DNA of 57,565 nt from a virus (taxonomy: Duplodnaviria; Heunggongvirae; Uroviricota; Caudoviricetes): IMG/VR virus record IMGVR_UViG_3300025916_000008, positions 104,845 to 162,409 of that record; one strand, written 5' to 3'. The notes beneath the pieces are model-generated. The model saw only the letters and a program-made list of their open reading frames with translations. It was not told the DNA's origin and did not search any database. Made by a program: the position numbers and the translations under genes. Each line of letters opens with the position of its first letter. Position 1 is the stretch's first letter. Below, piece after piece: positions 36,472 through 46,337 of the stretch.

Positions 36472-36535
36472 CAGCGCTTGCGCGGTTCCTCGCAACACAC
36501 CATACAGGCAGTTTCGTCCGTAAATCCAGCGGGGG

Positions 36536-38143
36536 CTACGCGGCAAGCTGCGCGATGGACTGCCCTGAGGCCCCGTTACCGCCGGCGGCCCCGGTGCCGG
36601 ACGCGCCGCCGTGAGTACCAGGGGAGACGGTGACGCTGCCCCCGCCGCTGACCGGGGTGAGCGACACGGTAACGACCGTCCCCCCGCCCCCCGGCCCTCC
36701 GCCGCCGCAGTTGCCGGCGATAGGGGTGGCCCCGTTGCCGCCGTTCGCGCTGATCAGGCCGTTGTTAGTGATCGACCGGGCGAGGATCGCGACCACCCCG
36801 CCGCCTGCGCCGCCTCCTCCTCCGGAGTTCGACCCGTCTCCCGAACCGGACCCTCCGCCCGACCCTCCGCCGAGCGGGACGACCGTCCCCTGCCAGCCGG
36901 CGACGCCGGAGAGCACGGCGAAGGGGGTGCGCCAGGAGACGGTCCCGGTGGAGGAGACGACGGTGCCGGCCGCGCCGCCGGAGCCCTTCGCCGGGCTTGA
37001 CCCGCCGTTGCCCCCCGCCCCGGCCGCGTTCGACGTGGCGGCCGGCGCGGCGGCCCCGGCATTGACGGTGCCCGACGCCCCGGTGAAGGCCCCGTAGAGC
37101 AGGTTCCCCGCGACGGTGCCCGGGGAGGACCCGGACGCGCTCCCGCCGTTGTTGGAGATCGTCCCGTTGTTGAGCAGGAGCCCGTCGACCTGGAGGGGGA
37201 GCCCGGCCGTCTTCAGGGTGACGCCGGAGTTGACGGTCAGCGAGGACGGCGGGAACTGGGTGAACAGCTCGGTCATGGTGTAGATGCCGCCGCTGAGGCT
37301 CAGCCCTGTGATCGAGGTGGTGCCGTCGAGGATGAGCGCACCGCCTGACCCGTTCCCGAAGATGCCGTAGAACGCGATGGCACCCGGCGCGGACAGCGCG
37401 CCGGGGATGACCACGGTCTGCCCGGCGGTGCCGATCACGATCTGGTTGGGGCTGCTGGCCGTTGCCCCCGGGCCGATGGCAGCCGAGTTGGTGCCCGAGA
37501 CGTTGGCTCCCTGCCCGATCGCCACCCCGCCGACGGCGCTGGAGCTGACGGTGGCGGTGCCGCCGATAGCGACCGAGTTGTTCGCCGTCGCGCTGGCCGC
37601 CGCTCCCACTGCGGTGGCCTGCTGCCCGGCCGCCGCCGACCGAGCGCCGACGGCGACCGACGAGTTCCCGGCCACGGCCGCCTGGTACCCGGCCGCCACC
37701 GTGGAGGTGCCCGAGGCGGAGGCTGCCTGCCCGGCGGCTAGGGACCCCTGCCCGGCGGCGCTGGCGGAGTCGCCGTAGGCGATCCCCTGGTTCCCGGCGG
37801 CGGTGGCGTTGCTCCCCACGGCGGTTGACTGCGTGCCCGTCCCGGCGAACACCAGGCTGACCGTGGTCAGCGCCGAGACCTGCACGTCGATGTCATGGAT
37901 GGTGAGCGGGTTCTCCCCTGGCGGGGCGATCTCGATGTCGACCCGCTGCGGGCTGTCCATGTAGAAGTCGATGGTCCCGTCCTGGGTGATGAACGGGTTG
38001 GGCAGCAGGTTGCTCGTGGTCCCGTCCACGTACAACGGCAGCCCGACGGGCGTGCTCGTGCCGTTGACCAGGACGGTCACGGCGGTCCCGGCCAGGTAGG
38101 TGCCCATCGTGTCGGTGACCGGGGCTCGGTAGTGGGCTCTCAC
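36536..38143 (-). CDS. Tail fibre/adhesin with YadA-head-like repeats and Gly-rich C-terminus
   Basis: About 14-aa periodic S(T/V)A(V/I)G..A.A repeats followed by a Gly-rich GGGGGG..GGNG domain. Confidence 0.8.
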   Translation of the reverse strand: MRAHYRAPVTDTMGTYLAGTAVTVLVNGTSTPVGLPLYVDGTTSNLLPNPFITQDGTIDFYMDSPQRVDIEIAPPGENPLTIHDIDVQVSALTTVSLVFAGTGTQSTAVGSNATAAGNQGIAYGDSASAAGQGSLAAGQAASASGTSTVAAGYQAAVAGNSSVAVGARSAAAGQQATAVGAAASATANNSVAIGGTATVSSSAVGGVAIGQGANVSGTNSAAIGPGATASSPNQIVIGTAGQTVVIPGALSAPGAIAFYGIFGNGSGGALILDGTTSITGLSLSGGIYTMTELFTQFPPSSLTVNSGVTLKTAGLPLQVDGLLLNNGTISNNGGSASGSSPGTVAGNLLYGAFTGASGTVNAGAAAPAATSNAAGAGGNGGSSPAKGSGGAAGTVVSSTGTVSWRTPFAVLSGVAGWQGTVVPLGGGSGGGSGSGDGSNSGGGGGAGGGVVAILARSITNNGLISANGGNGATPIAGNCGGGGPGGGGTVVTVSLTPVSGGGSVTVSPGTHGGASGTGAAGGNGASGQSIAQLAA

Positions 38144-38151
38144 GGCTCTCC

Positions 38152-41100
38152 TTAGTCCAGCGCCTGCGCCATCGACTGCCAGGCGGCGAGCACCCCGGGC
38201 GGGGCGGTGAGCACCGAGTAAGTGCCAGTGCCCAGCCAGATCAGGTCATAGTCCTGCTTAACCGCTGCTCTCCTGGCAGCGAAGAACTGCTGAACGTATG
38301 CGATGAAGGACTCGCACTGCGCGGCGGTGAAGGCGGCGTGGTCGGCCCCGTAGCTGCTCAGGCCGAACGGCTTGCCGTGCGCGTCGGCGAAGGCGGCAGC
38401 CGCCGCCAGGGTGGGAGCGCCGGACCCGGGGGCAGCCCCCTGGCAGTAGAAAGTCGGGGCTATCACGTCCACCAGGGCGTCACCGGGGTACCAGGTCCCC
38501 AGCCAGCCGCTGGTCATCGCCTTGTTGGAGACCGCCAGGACATGCTGGTAGCCGTTAAGCCGGATGACGTCCACGTAGCCCGGGAGCATCGCCAGCCACC
38601 CGGCCGGGCTGGCGAACGCGGTGTCCGCGCCCGCCCAGACCGACACCGATGCCTCCAGGCCGCCTGCCTGGCAGGACCGGAGGAACGTGCTGAGCTGGGC
38701 GGGAGTGTTGGTGGCGTCCGGGCGGAAGTCGAACAGCACCCGGCGTACCCCGGCGTCCCCTGCCGCCGGGGAGGCGGCCAGAGAGGCGGGCACCTGGTTG
38801 CCGAGCGCGATGCGCCGGGCCGGGACCGGGTGCCCGGTGCCGGAGATCCACGCGGCCACCGAGGCGTCTGACGCGGCCACCGGGCCGAGGTCAGCGCCGA
38901 CGCCCGACGCGGGGAGGGGCACCCGGATAGCGGTGCAGGCGAGCGACGACCCTGCCGTGAAGGCCGCCGCCCCGCTGCGCAGGCTCCCGGTGATGACCGG
39001 GTTGTTGACGCCGTACACGTCGCAGTAGGCGTCGGTGTAGATGTCGCCGCCGTCGGCGGGGGCGTAGGAGTCGCAGTAGGTGTCGGCGTAGATGTCGGTC
39101 CAGGTCTGCGGCAGCGTGACCGGGGGCTCCGGCTCCCAGGCGAGCCCGTTCCCGATCTCGGCCTGCGCCGGGACAGGCAGGCCGTTCGGGAAGTCGTTCG
39201 GCTGGACGGAGACGCCCAGGATCTGCCGGACGGCGAAGAACCAGTCGTCGGGGACCGGGCCGGAGGACATCTGCCAGCGGGGATCGTCCTCGACGTCCGT
39301 GTAGTGGTCGGCAGGCGACATGTTGGGGCCGTGGCCGATGCCCGCCGGGCGGGGCGGGATGCCGCGCGGCCAGGTCTGGTACCAAGGCCGGATGGTCAGC
39401 CCGGCGATCACCAGGCCGGTCCGGTAGCCGGACACGCGCCACATGAGCTGCGTGCCCTGGCCGGCCGCCGGGGCAGGGAAGGTGACCGCGCCGTGCGGGT
39501 TGTTGCGGATGTCGTAGGCGTCGTGCCAGGAAGCGCCGCCGTCGTTGCTGAACTGCCAGGTGATCGCGTCGTCGAACACCGAGATGTTGTCCACTCCCCA
39601 GGAGTCGGTGGTGGACTCCTTCTGGATCACCTGGGCGGTAACGGTCGCCCCCAGCGGGGTAACAGTGGTGTCTACCGTGTTCCAGTTTAGCCCGGTAGTA
39701 GCAGCCCAAGTCGGGTAGAGCGCCTCGACCTGAGCCCAGGTGTTGGTGGAAACACTGCCCTGGCCGACGGTGAAGCCGGCGAACCACTCGGTGACCGCCC
39801 CGCCTGCCACTGCCTGCTCGGCCTCGGCGATGACGGTTCCGGTTACGCCGTCCAGGAGCTGGAGGTAGAGGGGAGCCGACAGTGCCACCGGGGAGAACAC
39901 GCGGGCGGCGGCGTAGAGCCGCCCGCCGGGGGAGCTGGCCGCCGGAGCGCCCGTGTAGGCGATGCCGCCGAACGAGGAGGACGCCGGCGGCAGTCCGAAG
40001 TCGAGCCACTCGGGCACGGACGCCTGCATCGCCCCCCAGGAGCCGTAGGTTGCCTCCAGGTAGGCCCAGCTCCCGGGAACGTAAGGGATGTTGAGGTCCG
40101 GCGCGCCGCCCCGGGTTACCTGCACCATGGCCCCGAGCTGGGACTGCTCGGGGGACGGGGCCAGCGGCACGGCGTCGCCCACCGGACCCCAGTCGGGGAA
40201 GCCCGGCAGCGAGAAGTCGGAGTCGTTCAGGAGCTGGACCGGGTTGGACTGCACCGTGGCGAACTGGAGCCCGGTGATCGTGTGGGTGGAGGACAGGACC
40301 GCGCTGGTCGCGGTGGCTCCCGACGGGGAGAGGTTCGACGGGGTGAACAGCCCGGTCCCCGGCTGGAGGTCCCACCCTCCGAAGGAGAAGCCCGGAGAGG
40401 TGGTGTTGGTGAGGGACGCGAAGGTCTCGGTGTACTGCGGGGTGTCGTCCGCCTGGGTGTAGTCGATCGCAAACATGGAGATGCCGGAGAGGGCCACGAA
40501 GTAGGCGACGCGCCCGTTCACCGGGACGGACTGCTGCTGGTAGGAGCTGGTCCCGGGGGCTGCGGGAATCGCCTGGGCCGGCTGCCACTGCTGGAACCCG
40601 TACAGTGACCCGCCCTGCTGGGCCAGGGTGGCTGCGGTGAGCGCGTCGGGGGCGTACAGGGCCTCGGTGGCGAGCACGGTGCCCGGGGGCGGGGACGCCG
40701 GCCAGGCCCCGGGGGCGTCCCCGAGCCTGAACGCCCCGGCGATCGAGGTGCCCACCGAGAGCCCCGCGTCGAGCTGGGCCGGGGTGGTCGGGTGCTGCTG
40801 CGCCGGGGTCGGCTGGGCCTGCGGGGGGAAGTACTGGCCGTCCACCGTGACGGGCTGGAGGTAGTCGTACGGCTCCGGCTGGAGGTTGGTGAACTCGAAC
40901 TTCCAGCACGAGGCGAGCACCGGGTCGAACTCCGCGTACCCGGCCGACAGGGTGAAGGTGCGCGGGACCTGCACCCAGTTGCAGGCCGCGAAGCTGGGGC
41001 CGGGGCCGCCGACGAAACCCCAGGGGGACACGGTGCCGAGAATCCACTGCGGGTGGAAGCGGGCGACGCAGTTCCCGCTGGACGGTGCTCCCGGCGGCGC

Positions 41101-42609
41101 GGTGCAGTAGGCGGCAGGGCCGGCGGCGAAGGCGGTGAAGTCGTCCGGGATGCCGCCGTCGAGGATGACCTGCTGCTGCTTGAGCAGGAAGCAGGTCAGC
41201 CGGTGCCTCCCCGGGAGCACGGCACTGGCCGGGTTGATCTGCTGGATGCCGCCGAACCGGATGAAGCGCGACTGCGGGGGCGTGGTGGCGGCCGACTGGC
41301 ACAGGGTGCCGAGCGGGGTCCAGGCGAACAGGTGGCTGCCGTCGTACCCGCAGGTGAACTGGAGCCGGTCGCCGTGGCTGAAGGGGAACTGCCAGGTGCA
41401 CAGCACTCCCCCGGACGGCTGGTTGGAGGGAGCGCCCGGGTCGGGGACCGTGACCTTCCAGGTGCCGGCCACGTAGGAGACCTGGAAGCAGCCGGCGTCC
41501 ACGATCACGTAGGTGCCGCCGTCGTTGTGGTCGAAGTCAGGCATCACCTCGAACGCGGTCCACCAGGGGCTGGCCGAGTTCGTCCCGGCCGCCTGGTTGG
41601 ACAGGTCGAGCCAGCCGGGGACGCTCCCGAAGGAGATCCCCTGCGCGGTGGCCGACGGGAGCTGGGACCCGCCGGGGGTCAGCAGCCCGGAGGAGATCGG
41701 GTCGTCCAGGGAGGTGAAGCTGGCCGAGGCGGGCGGCGGGTCAGCGGAGTAGTACAGGTTGTAGCGCACGCCGCTGGTGACCGGCTGGAGGTAGAAGGCG
41801 CTGACGAGCTGCGGGCTGCCGCCGGGATCGCGGCCGTCGATGTAGAGGTTGGCGACCGAGGACGCCGACGGCTGGGGGGCGCAGCGCCATGTCCCTCCCC
41901 TGAGCAGGTCGGCGGCCCGGTTCTCCCGGACCGCCACCTGCATCGGGGAGCCGTTCACGTCGGAGGAGGTCGTGAACGGCTGTCTCTGGGTGAGGGTCAC
42001 CGGGTCGCGGAGGGTGCGCGGGACGTGCTCGCGGCGGGTGACGCGGCAGCCGAAGTCGAAGTTGCGGCACCCCAGCGGGTAGGGCACCGCTCGGCCGGTG
42101 TGGTCGCACGGGACCTGCTGGCCCTCGGCGATGGAGGGGCGCAGGCAGTGGATGAGGATCTTGCTGGTGACCACCGGGACGATCGGCTCGTCGTGCCTCA
42201 CCCAGTGGCCGGCCCCGTAGTGGTGCGGGTTGACCCCCGCGCCGAGCGCGGCCGGGTTGTCTACCTGGGCGGGCACCGACCCGTCGGTGATGATCATGAG
42301 CTGCATGCCGCTGGGGGTGAGCAGGTACTGCCAGTCGTCGCCGTCCCACCACCAGAAGTACGCCGCGTGAGGGAAGTGGGGCAGCTCCATGGTCAGGTAG
42401 TTGACGAACCGGGGCTGGCCGAGGGAGATGACCAGCTCCTCGGCGGTGTCATCGCCTGCGTGGCGCGGCTGGGAGGACCAGAAGCGCTGCTCGCGGCGCG
42501 CTACCGAGGCTCCCCTGGTCACCAGCTCCGCCGGTATCCCGTCGATGTAGACCGGCGCGGCCGACGGGATGGAGAAGGTTCCCGGACCCCGGTTCCTGTT
42601 GAAGCTCAT
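38152..42609 (-). CDS. Large baseplate/tail protein (~1485 aa) with LamG-like region and C-terminal degenerate GH26-like domain
   Basis: Start ATG 42609 overlaps the upstream TGA; C-terminal WYPGDALVDVIAPTFY..AFADAHGKPFGLSSYG. Confidence 0.75.
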   Translation of the reverse strand: MSFNRNRGPGTFSIPSAAPVYIDGIPAELVTRGASVARREQRFWSSQPRHAGDDTAEELVISLGQPRFVNYLTMELPHFPHAAYFWWWDGDDWQYLLTPSGMQLMIITDGSVPAQVDNPAALGAGVNPHHYGAGHWVRHDEPIVPVVTSKILIHCLRPSIAEGQQVPCDHTGRAVPYPLGCRNFDFGCRVTRREHVPRTLRDPVTLTQRQPFTTSSDVNGSPMQVAVRENRAADLLRGGTWRCAPQPSASSVANLYIDGRDPGGSPQLVSAFYLQPVTSGVRYNLYYSADPPPASASFTSLDDPISSGLLTPGGSQLPSATAQGISFGSVPGWLDLSNQAAGTNSASPWWTAFEVMPDFDHNDGGTYVIVDAGCFQVSYVAGTWKVTVPDPGAPSNQPSGGVLCTWQFPFSHGDRLQFTCGYDGSHLFAWTPLGTLCQSAATTPPQSRFIRFGGIQQINPASAVLPGRHRLTCFLLKQQQVILDGGIPDDFTAFAAGPAAYCTAPPGAPSSGNCVARFHPQWILGTVSPWGFVGGPGPSFAACNWVQVPRTFTLSAGYAEFDPVLASCWKFEFTNLQPEPYDYLQPVTVDGQYFPPQAQPTPAQQHPTTPAQLDAGLSVGTSIAGAFRLGDAPGAWPASPPPGTVLATEALYAPDALTAATLAQQGGSLYGFQQWQPAQAIPAAPGTSSYQQQSVPVNGRVAYFVALSGISMFAIDYTQADDTPQYTETFASLTNTTSPGFSFGGWDLQPGTGLFTPSNLSPSGATATSAVLSSTHTITGLQFATVQSNPVQLLNDSDFSLPGFPDWGPVGDAVPLAPSPEQSQLGAMVQVTRGGAPDLNIPYVPGSWAYLEATYGSWGAMQASVPEWLDFGLPPASSSFGGIAYTGAPAASSPGGRLYAAARVFSPVALSAPLYLQLLDGVTGTVIAEAEQAVAGGAVTEWFAGFTVGQGSVSTNTWAQVEALYPTWAATTGLNWNTVDTTVTPLGATVTAQVIQKESTTDSWGVDNISVFDDAITWQFSNDGGASWHDAYDIRNNPHGAVTFPAPAAGQGTQLMWRVSGYRTGLVIAGLTIRPWYQTWPRGIPPRPAGIGHGPNMSPADHYTDVEDDPRWQMSSGPVPDDWFFAVRQILGVSVQPNDFPNGLPVPAQAEIGNGLAWEPEPPVTLPQTWTDIYADTYCDSYAPADGGDIYTDAYCDVYGVNNPVITGSLRSGAAAFTAGSSLACTAIRVPLPASGVGADLGPVAASDASVAAWISGTGHPVPARRIALGNQVPASLAASPAAGDAGVRRVLFDFRPDATNTPAQLSTFLRSCQAGGLEASVSVWAGADTAFASPAGWLAMLPGYVDVIRLNGYQHVLAVSNKAMTSGWLGTWYPGDALVDVIAPTFYCQGAAPGSGAPTLAAAAAFADAHGKPFGLSSYGADHAAFTAAQCESFIAYVQQFFAARRAAVKQDYDLIWLGTGTYSVLTAPPGVLAAWQSMAQALD

Positions 42610-43964
42610 GACGCCCGGTTCACCGGGACGCGCGGCCCCGAGTAGGGGGCGCACCGGACGGCCACGCTGGAGGCGGCCCGTGCCGACTCGGCCCGGTGAG
42701 GGTGCATCATCGCCTGGTCGCCCCGGTAGAGGGTCCTCCGGCCGTCCGGGAAGGAGACGCCCTGCCAGTCCTGCCCGTCGGTGACCTCGGCGTCGCGCGG
42801 GTGGAAGCCGCGCACCGCCCGGCTGGAGCAGGAGGTGACCTCGCCCGCGTAGCTGTACTGCCCGTGGCAGGAGCGGGTCAGCGGCGGGCACGGCTGGACG
42901 TAGGACCCGGAGGGGAGCGCGGATGCGTTCACCCCCTGGTAGGAGCTTGTCACGGCGGCGTAGGCGGGGACTGAGGGGTTCGGCGGGGTGACGGTGTGGA
43001 CCATCTCCCAGTTCTCGCTGTCGGACCAGGCCCCTGCGACCGGAAGGGCGATCATGGTGGACAGGCCGCCGGGCGCGAAGCTGACGACGGAGGCGGCAGG
43101 ACGCAGCACCTCGGTGACCGCCAGGACGCCGAACATGTCCGACCCCTGCTGGGCGCGCCCGGCCTCGGTCGAGTCGTAGTTCTTGCGGGGCTCGATCACC
43201 ACCGCCGACGGGATTCCGTTGACGTCGATGAACGGGACGTTCCCCTCCAGGGCGTTCCAGGTCTGCCCGGCGGTCGACGACCAGTGGGGGTAGGCCGTGG
43301 TTACCTGCACCCAGGTCTGGGTGGACGGGGACTCCGCCCCGGACCCCAGCCGCCACGCCTCCCACGCCTGGCAGGTGACCCCGGTGACGGCCTCGGCGAG
43401 GGCGATCATCCCGGGCATGGTGCCGCCGAGGGTGATAGCGCGGGCGAGCTGGATGACGCGCTCCCGGAACACGGCGTCGGCGGCCAGTACCTCGTCCCAG
43501 CCGTCCGGGGAGGCCAGGTCGGTGTAAGGGCTGACCGCCTGGCCGGTGGCCGGGTTCTGCGGCAGGGAGCCCGAGGGGCCGCGCTGCGCGCCGAACAGCG
43601 CCCCGTAGAAGCTGTCCAGGTCGTAGAAGTGCGTCGAGGTGATCGCCTGCTGGAGCCGGGAGATCATGCTCCGCCGCAGGAGCTGCCCCGTGCCGGCGTC
43701 GCCCAGGAGCGCCTGCATGAAGTGGTAGAGCATCGACGTCGGGGAGACGTCGTAGACGTTCGCCGGGAAGTTAGCGAGCTGGGACGCCACCTGGAGCGGC
43801 GGGCTGATCAGGTTGGCCGCTGCGGCGGTCCCGGCGGGCAGCGGCTGGGTCGAGGGGACCTGGAGCCCCAGGACGCTGGCCTGCTGCACGTTCGGGAAGC
43901 TGAACAGGTCGGTGCCGCCGTTGCTGATGACAGGGTTCACCGTGCTCGTCAGTACCTGTGGCAT
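42606..43964 (-). CDS. Baseplate wedge protein
   Basis: Follows the baseplate J gene; YDLDSFYGALFG..FRERV..GGTMPG pattern; SD GGAGGAG before ATG 43964. Confidence 0.65.
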   Translation of the reverse strand: MPQVLTSTVNPVISNGGTDLFSFPNVQQASVLGLQVPSTQPLPAGTAAAANLISPPLQVASQLANFPANVYDVSPTSMLYHFMQALLGDAGTGQLLRRSMISRLQQAITSTHFYDLDSFYGALFGAQRGPSGSLPQNPATGQAVSPYTDLASPDGWDEVLAADAVFRERVIQLARAITLGGTMPGMIALAEAVTGVTCQAWEAWRLGSGAESPSTQTWVQVTTAYPHWSSTAGQTWNALEGNVPFIDVNGIPSAVVIEPRKNYDSTEAGRAQQGSDMFGVLAVTEVLRPAASVVSFAPGGLSTMIALPVAGAWSDSENWEMVHTVTPPNPSVPAYAAVTSSYQGVNASALPSGSYVQPCPPLTRSCHGQYSYAGEVTSCSSRAVRGFHPRDAEVTDGQDWQGVSFPDGRRTLYRGDQAMMHPHRAESARAASSVAVRCAPYSGPRVPVNRAS

Positions 43965-44066
43965 GCTGTCTCCTCCGCTGCTTCCGTGGAGCGGAGGCCG
44001 GTCGTCCAACCTGCGTTGGAGCCAGGACCCGTCGCTCCAACGGGGAGGGCAGCGGCATTGGAGCCG

Positions 44067-45887
44067 TCAGAAGAACGGACCCATGGTGTTGCCGGCCTTC
44101 GCCACGATCACCGCGCCGCCGAACGTGGGGAGCTGGGCCGCCCCGAGCGCGATGTCCACCGGGTTGCCGGCGCTGTCGACGTAGCTCTTCATGACGACGC
44201 CCTGGTACACCTGCTGGATGCCGACGTTGAAGTTGTTGGGGGTGGACGGGTTCCACGCGGGGTAGTCGGCCCCGACCAGGAAGCGGGACGCGGTGACTCC
44301 GGGAGTGGCCTCTACCGCCTGGATGACCGACGAGGGGTAGACGCGGCCGTTGAACCCGAGCTGGGAGAGGTACGCCTGGAGGGAGTTGCCGATCGCCGTC
44401 TGGGTGACCGACTGGGTGACGCCGACGTCGAAGATGACCGCGAGGCTGAACTGGAGCGCGACGGGGATCGCCTGGTGGGCGAGGACGTCCTGGCCGGCCA
44501 GTCGCCAGCTCTCCAGGACCGCCTGCACCGCCGCCGGGACGTCGTTGAACGTGTAGTCCTCGCTGATCGTCAGGGGAGCCCCGGCCGGAGGATGAGAGGA
44601 CGCCAGCCACTCCAGGCCGAAGTCGGAGTAGGGCGACCAGCCAAAGGCCCCGGTGCGGTGGATGAGCTGGTAAGCGTAGGTGACGCCGCCGGAGACGGAG
44701 CCGAGCGGGAAGGTCTGCGTGGCCAGGCCGTACGTGACCCCGTTGACGACCAGGACCGGCGGCACGGTGAGGATCGGCCCCCACGGCAGCGGGATGAAGA
44801 CGTTCCCGGCCGACGGGGCGGTCCCGTCGGGCCGGACGAAGCTCCCGGTGAACCAGTTCGACGACGACGAGGAGGAGAAGGTGATGGCACCTGAGTAGTT
44901 GACGGTGGTGGCCGCCGCAACCGGGCGCGTGCCGGCGCACCAGACGTCGACCCGGTTGAACAGCCCCTGAGTCGGGCTGTTGCGCGAGTAGGTGTCCATG
45001 TAGAGGAAGCTCAGGTCGACCAGCTCGCCGTTGGGGAAGTAGCTGCTGTCGATCACCGTGATGGACGGCGGGTTCGCCCCGGAGTTCCAGGTGTACTGGA
45101 TGCCGGCCGCAGCGACGTCCCCGTTATCGATGTCCCTGCCCACCACCTGGCCGGACGGGTAGGTGTACTGGGCGTCGGACACGGTGGAGGACGCGCTTCC
45201 GCTGGAGATCTGGACCTGCTCGCGGAACCGGGTCGCGCCGTCCACCACGTTGGCTGCGGTGCAGTCGGGGTCGTTGGTGGCGATGCCGAGGAACATCTGC
45301 GACGTCCCCGCCATGTTCTTGAAGACGGTGCTCTTCCACCGGGCCTGGAGCTGGGTGTCGGTCTCCTGGTTGGCCCCGCCGGTCAGCGGGTTGATGTTGG
45401 TGGCGGCGGTGACCTCGGGGACCGGGCTCTGGATCTTGGTGAGGGTGTCGGTGGCCACGTTGCCCTGCGGCCCGGGGGTGACCACCTGGACGGGGGCCGT
45501 GGCGGTGAGCGCGGCCGGGTCGAGGATCGCCGGGGTGAGCGTCTGGGCGACCACGGAGCCGTCCTCGGACGCCACCTGGGTGCCGACGGGGACGGCCACG
45601 GTGTCGGTGGCCGTGCCGCGCGTGAAGCTGACGACGCCGACCGCCCGCGTGGCCGGGTAGCGGGACATCCCGAAGAGCTGGACGAAGGCGTCCAGCGCCG
45701 CTCCGGTCATCGAGTTGATGTCGTACTGGTAGGCGAGCATCTGCTGGTCGAGTGACGCCGCGCTGATAGAGCCGGCCACCGCGTCGATGATCTTGCGGGT
45801 GACCGACCCGACGCTGGTGTCCAGGTCCGGCTCGCTGGCGGCGAGGACCGAGATGATCTGGCTGGAGATGTCGCTCTGGCTTGGCAT
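44067..45887 (-). CDS. Baseplate J-like protein
   Basis: GAALDAFVQLFGMSRYPATRAVGVVSFTR..GGANQETDTQLQAR. Confidence 0.9.
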   Translation of the reverse strand: MPSQSDISSQIISVLAASEPDLDTSVGSVTRKIIDAVAGSISAASLDQQMLAYQYDINSMTGAALDAFVQLFGMSRYPATRAVGVVSFTRGTATDTVAVPVGTQVASEDGSVVAQTLTPAILDPAALTATAPVQVVTPGPQGNVATDTLTKIQSPVPEVTAATNINPLTGGANQETDTQLQARWKSTVFKNMAGTSQMFLGIATNDPDCTAANVVDGATRFREQVQISSGSASSTVSDAQYTYPSGQVVGRDIDNGDVAAAGIQYTWNSGANPPSITVIDSSYFPNGELVDLSFLYMDTYSRNSPTQGLFNRVDVWCAGTRPVAAATTVNYSGAITFSSSSSSNWFTGSFVRPDGTAPSAGNVFIPLPWGPILTVPPVLVVNGVTYGLATQTFPLGSVSGGVTYAYQLIHRTGAFGWSPYSDFGLEWLASSHPPAGAPLTISEDYTFNDVPAAVQAVLESWRLAGQDVLAHQAIPVALQFSLAVIFDVGVTQSVTQTAIGNSLQAYLSQLGFNGRVYPSSVIQAVEATPGVTASRFLVGADYPAWNPSTPNNFNVGIQQVYQGVVMKSYVDSAGNPVDIALGAAQLPTFGGAVIVAKAGNTMGPFF

Positions 45888-46321
45888 CAGGCGGTGACCG
45901 TCCTGGAGGCGACGACCTGCTGGCCGCCCATCGTGGTGAGGGTGACGGTGACCTGCACCGCGTCGGGCCTGGTCCCCTGGGCCGCCGTGACGCTGTTGAC
46001 GACGGAGATCACGTCGGCGGAGTTGAGCTGGCTGCGGGTATTGGTCATGGCCGCCGACTTGAGCCTGAGCTGCTGCGCCGCCACCAGGGCGTTGAGCACG
46101 CGCTGCACCTCGGAGGCGACCATCGCCCGGGTGGAGGGACCCTGCGGCGCGCCGAGGTACCCGGTGAGCGCCGACCCCCAGGTCGGGTTGTACGGGTCGG
46201 ACCCGTACGGCTCCGACAGGGCGCAGGCGACCCGCTGGCGGATGTAGTCCCCGCCGTCCACCAGGGCGAAGCCGCGCCCGGACGCGAGGAGGTCGCCGCC
46301 GACGAGCTGGAGGTCCTTCAT
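45887..46321 (-). CDS. gp25/GpW-like baseplate wedge (sheath initiator)
   Basis: MKDLQL..GDL..IRQRV..EPYGSDPYNPTWGS. Confidence 0.85.
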   Translation of the reverse strand: MKDLQLVGGDLLASGRGFALVDGGDYIRQRVACALSEPYGSDPYNPTWGSALTGYLGAPQGPSTRAMVASEVQRVLNALVAAQQLRLKSAAMTNTRSQLNSADVISVVNSVTAAQGTRPDAVQVTVTLTTMGGQQVVASRTVTA

Positions 46322-46337
46322 ACTGCTTCCGCGCCTC

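Noticed and set aside
36536-37130. Gly-rich tract as a collagen-like or PE-PGRS host gene
   Set aside because: No Gly-X-Y periodicity and no PE domain; it is the C-terminus of a phage fibre within the tail operon.
38152-43365. 1737-aa version of the large tail protein
   Set aside because: The first ~250 aa overlap the wedge gene in another frame; ATG 42609 is coupled to the upstream TGA.
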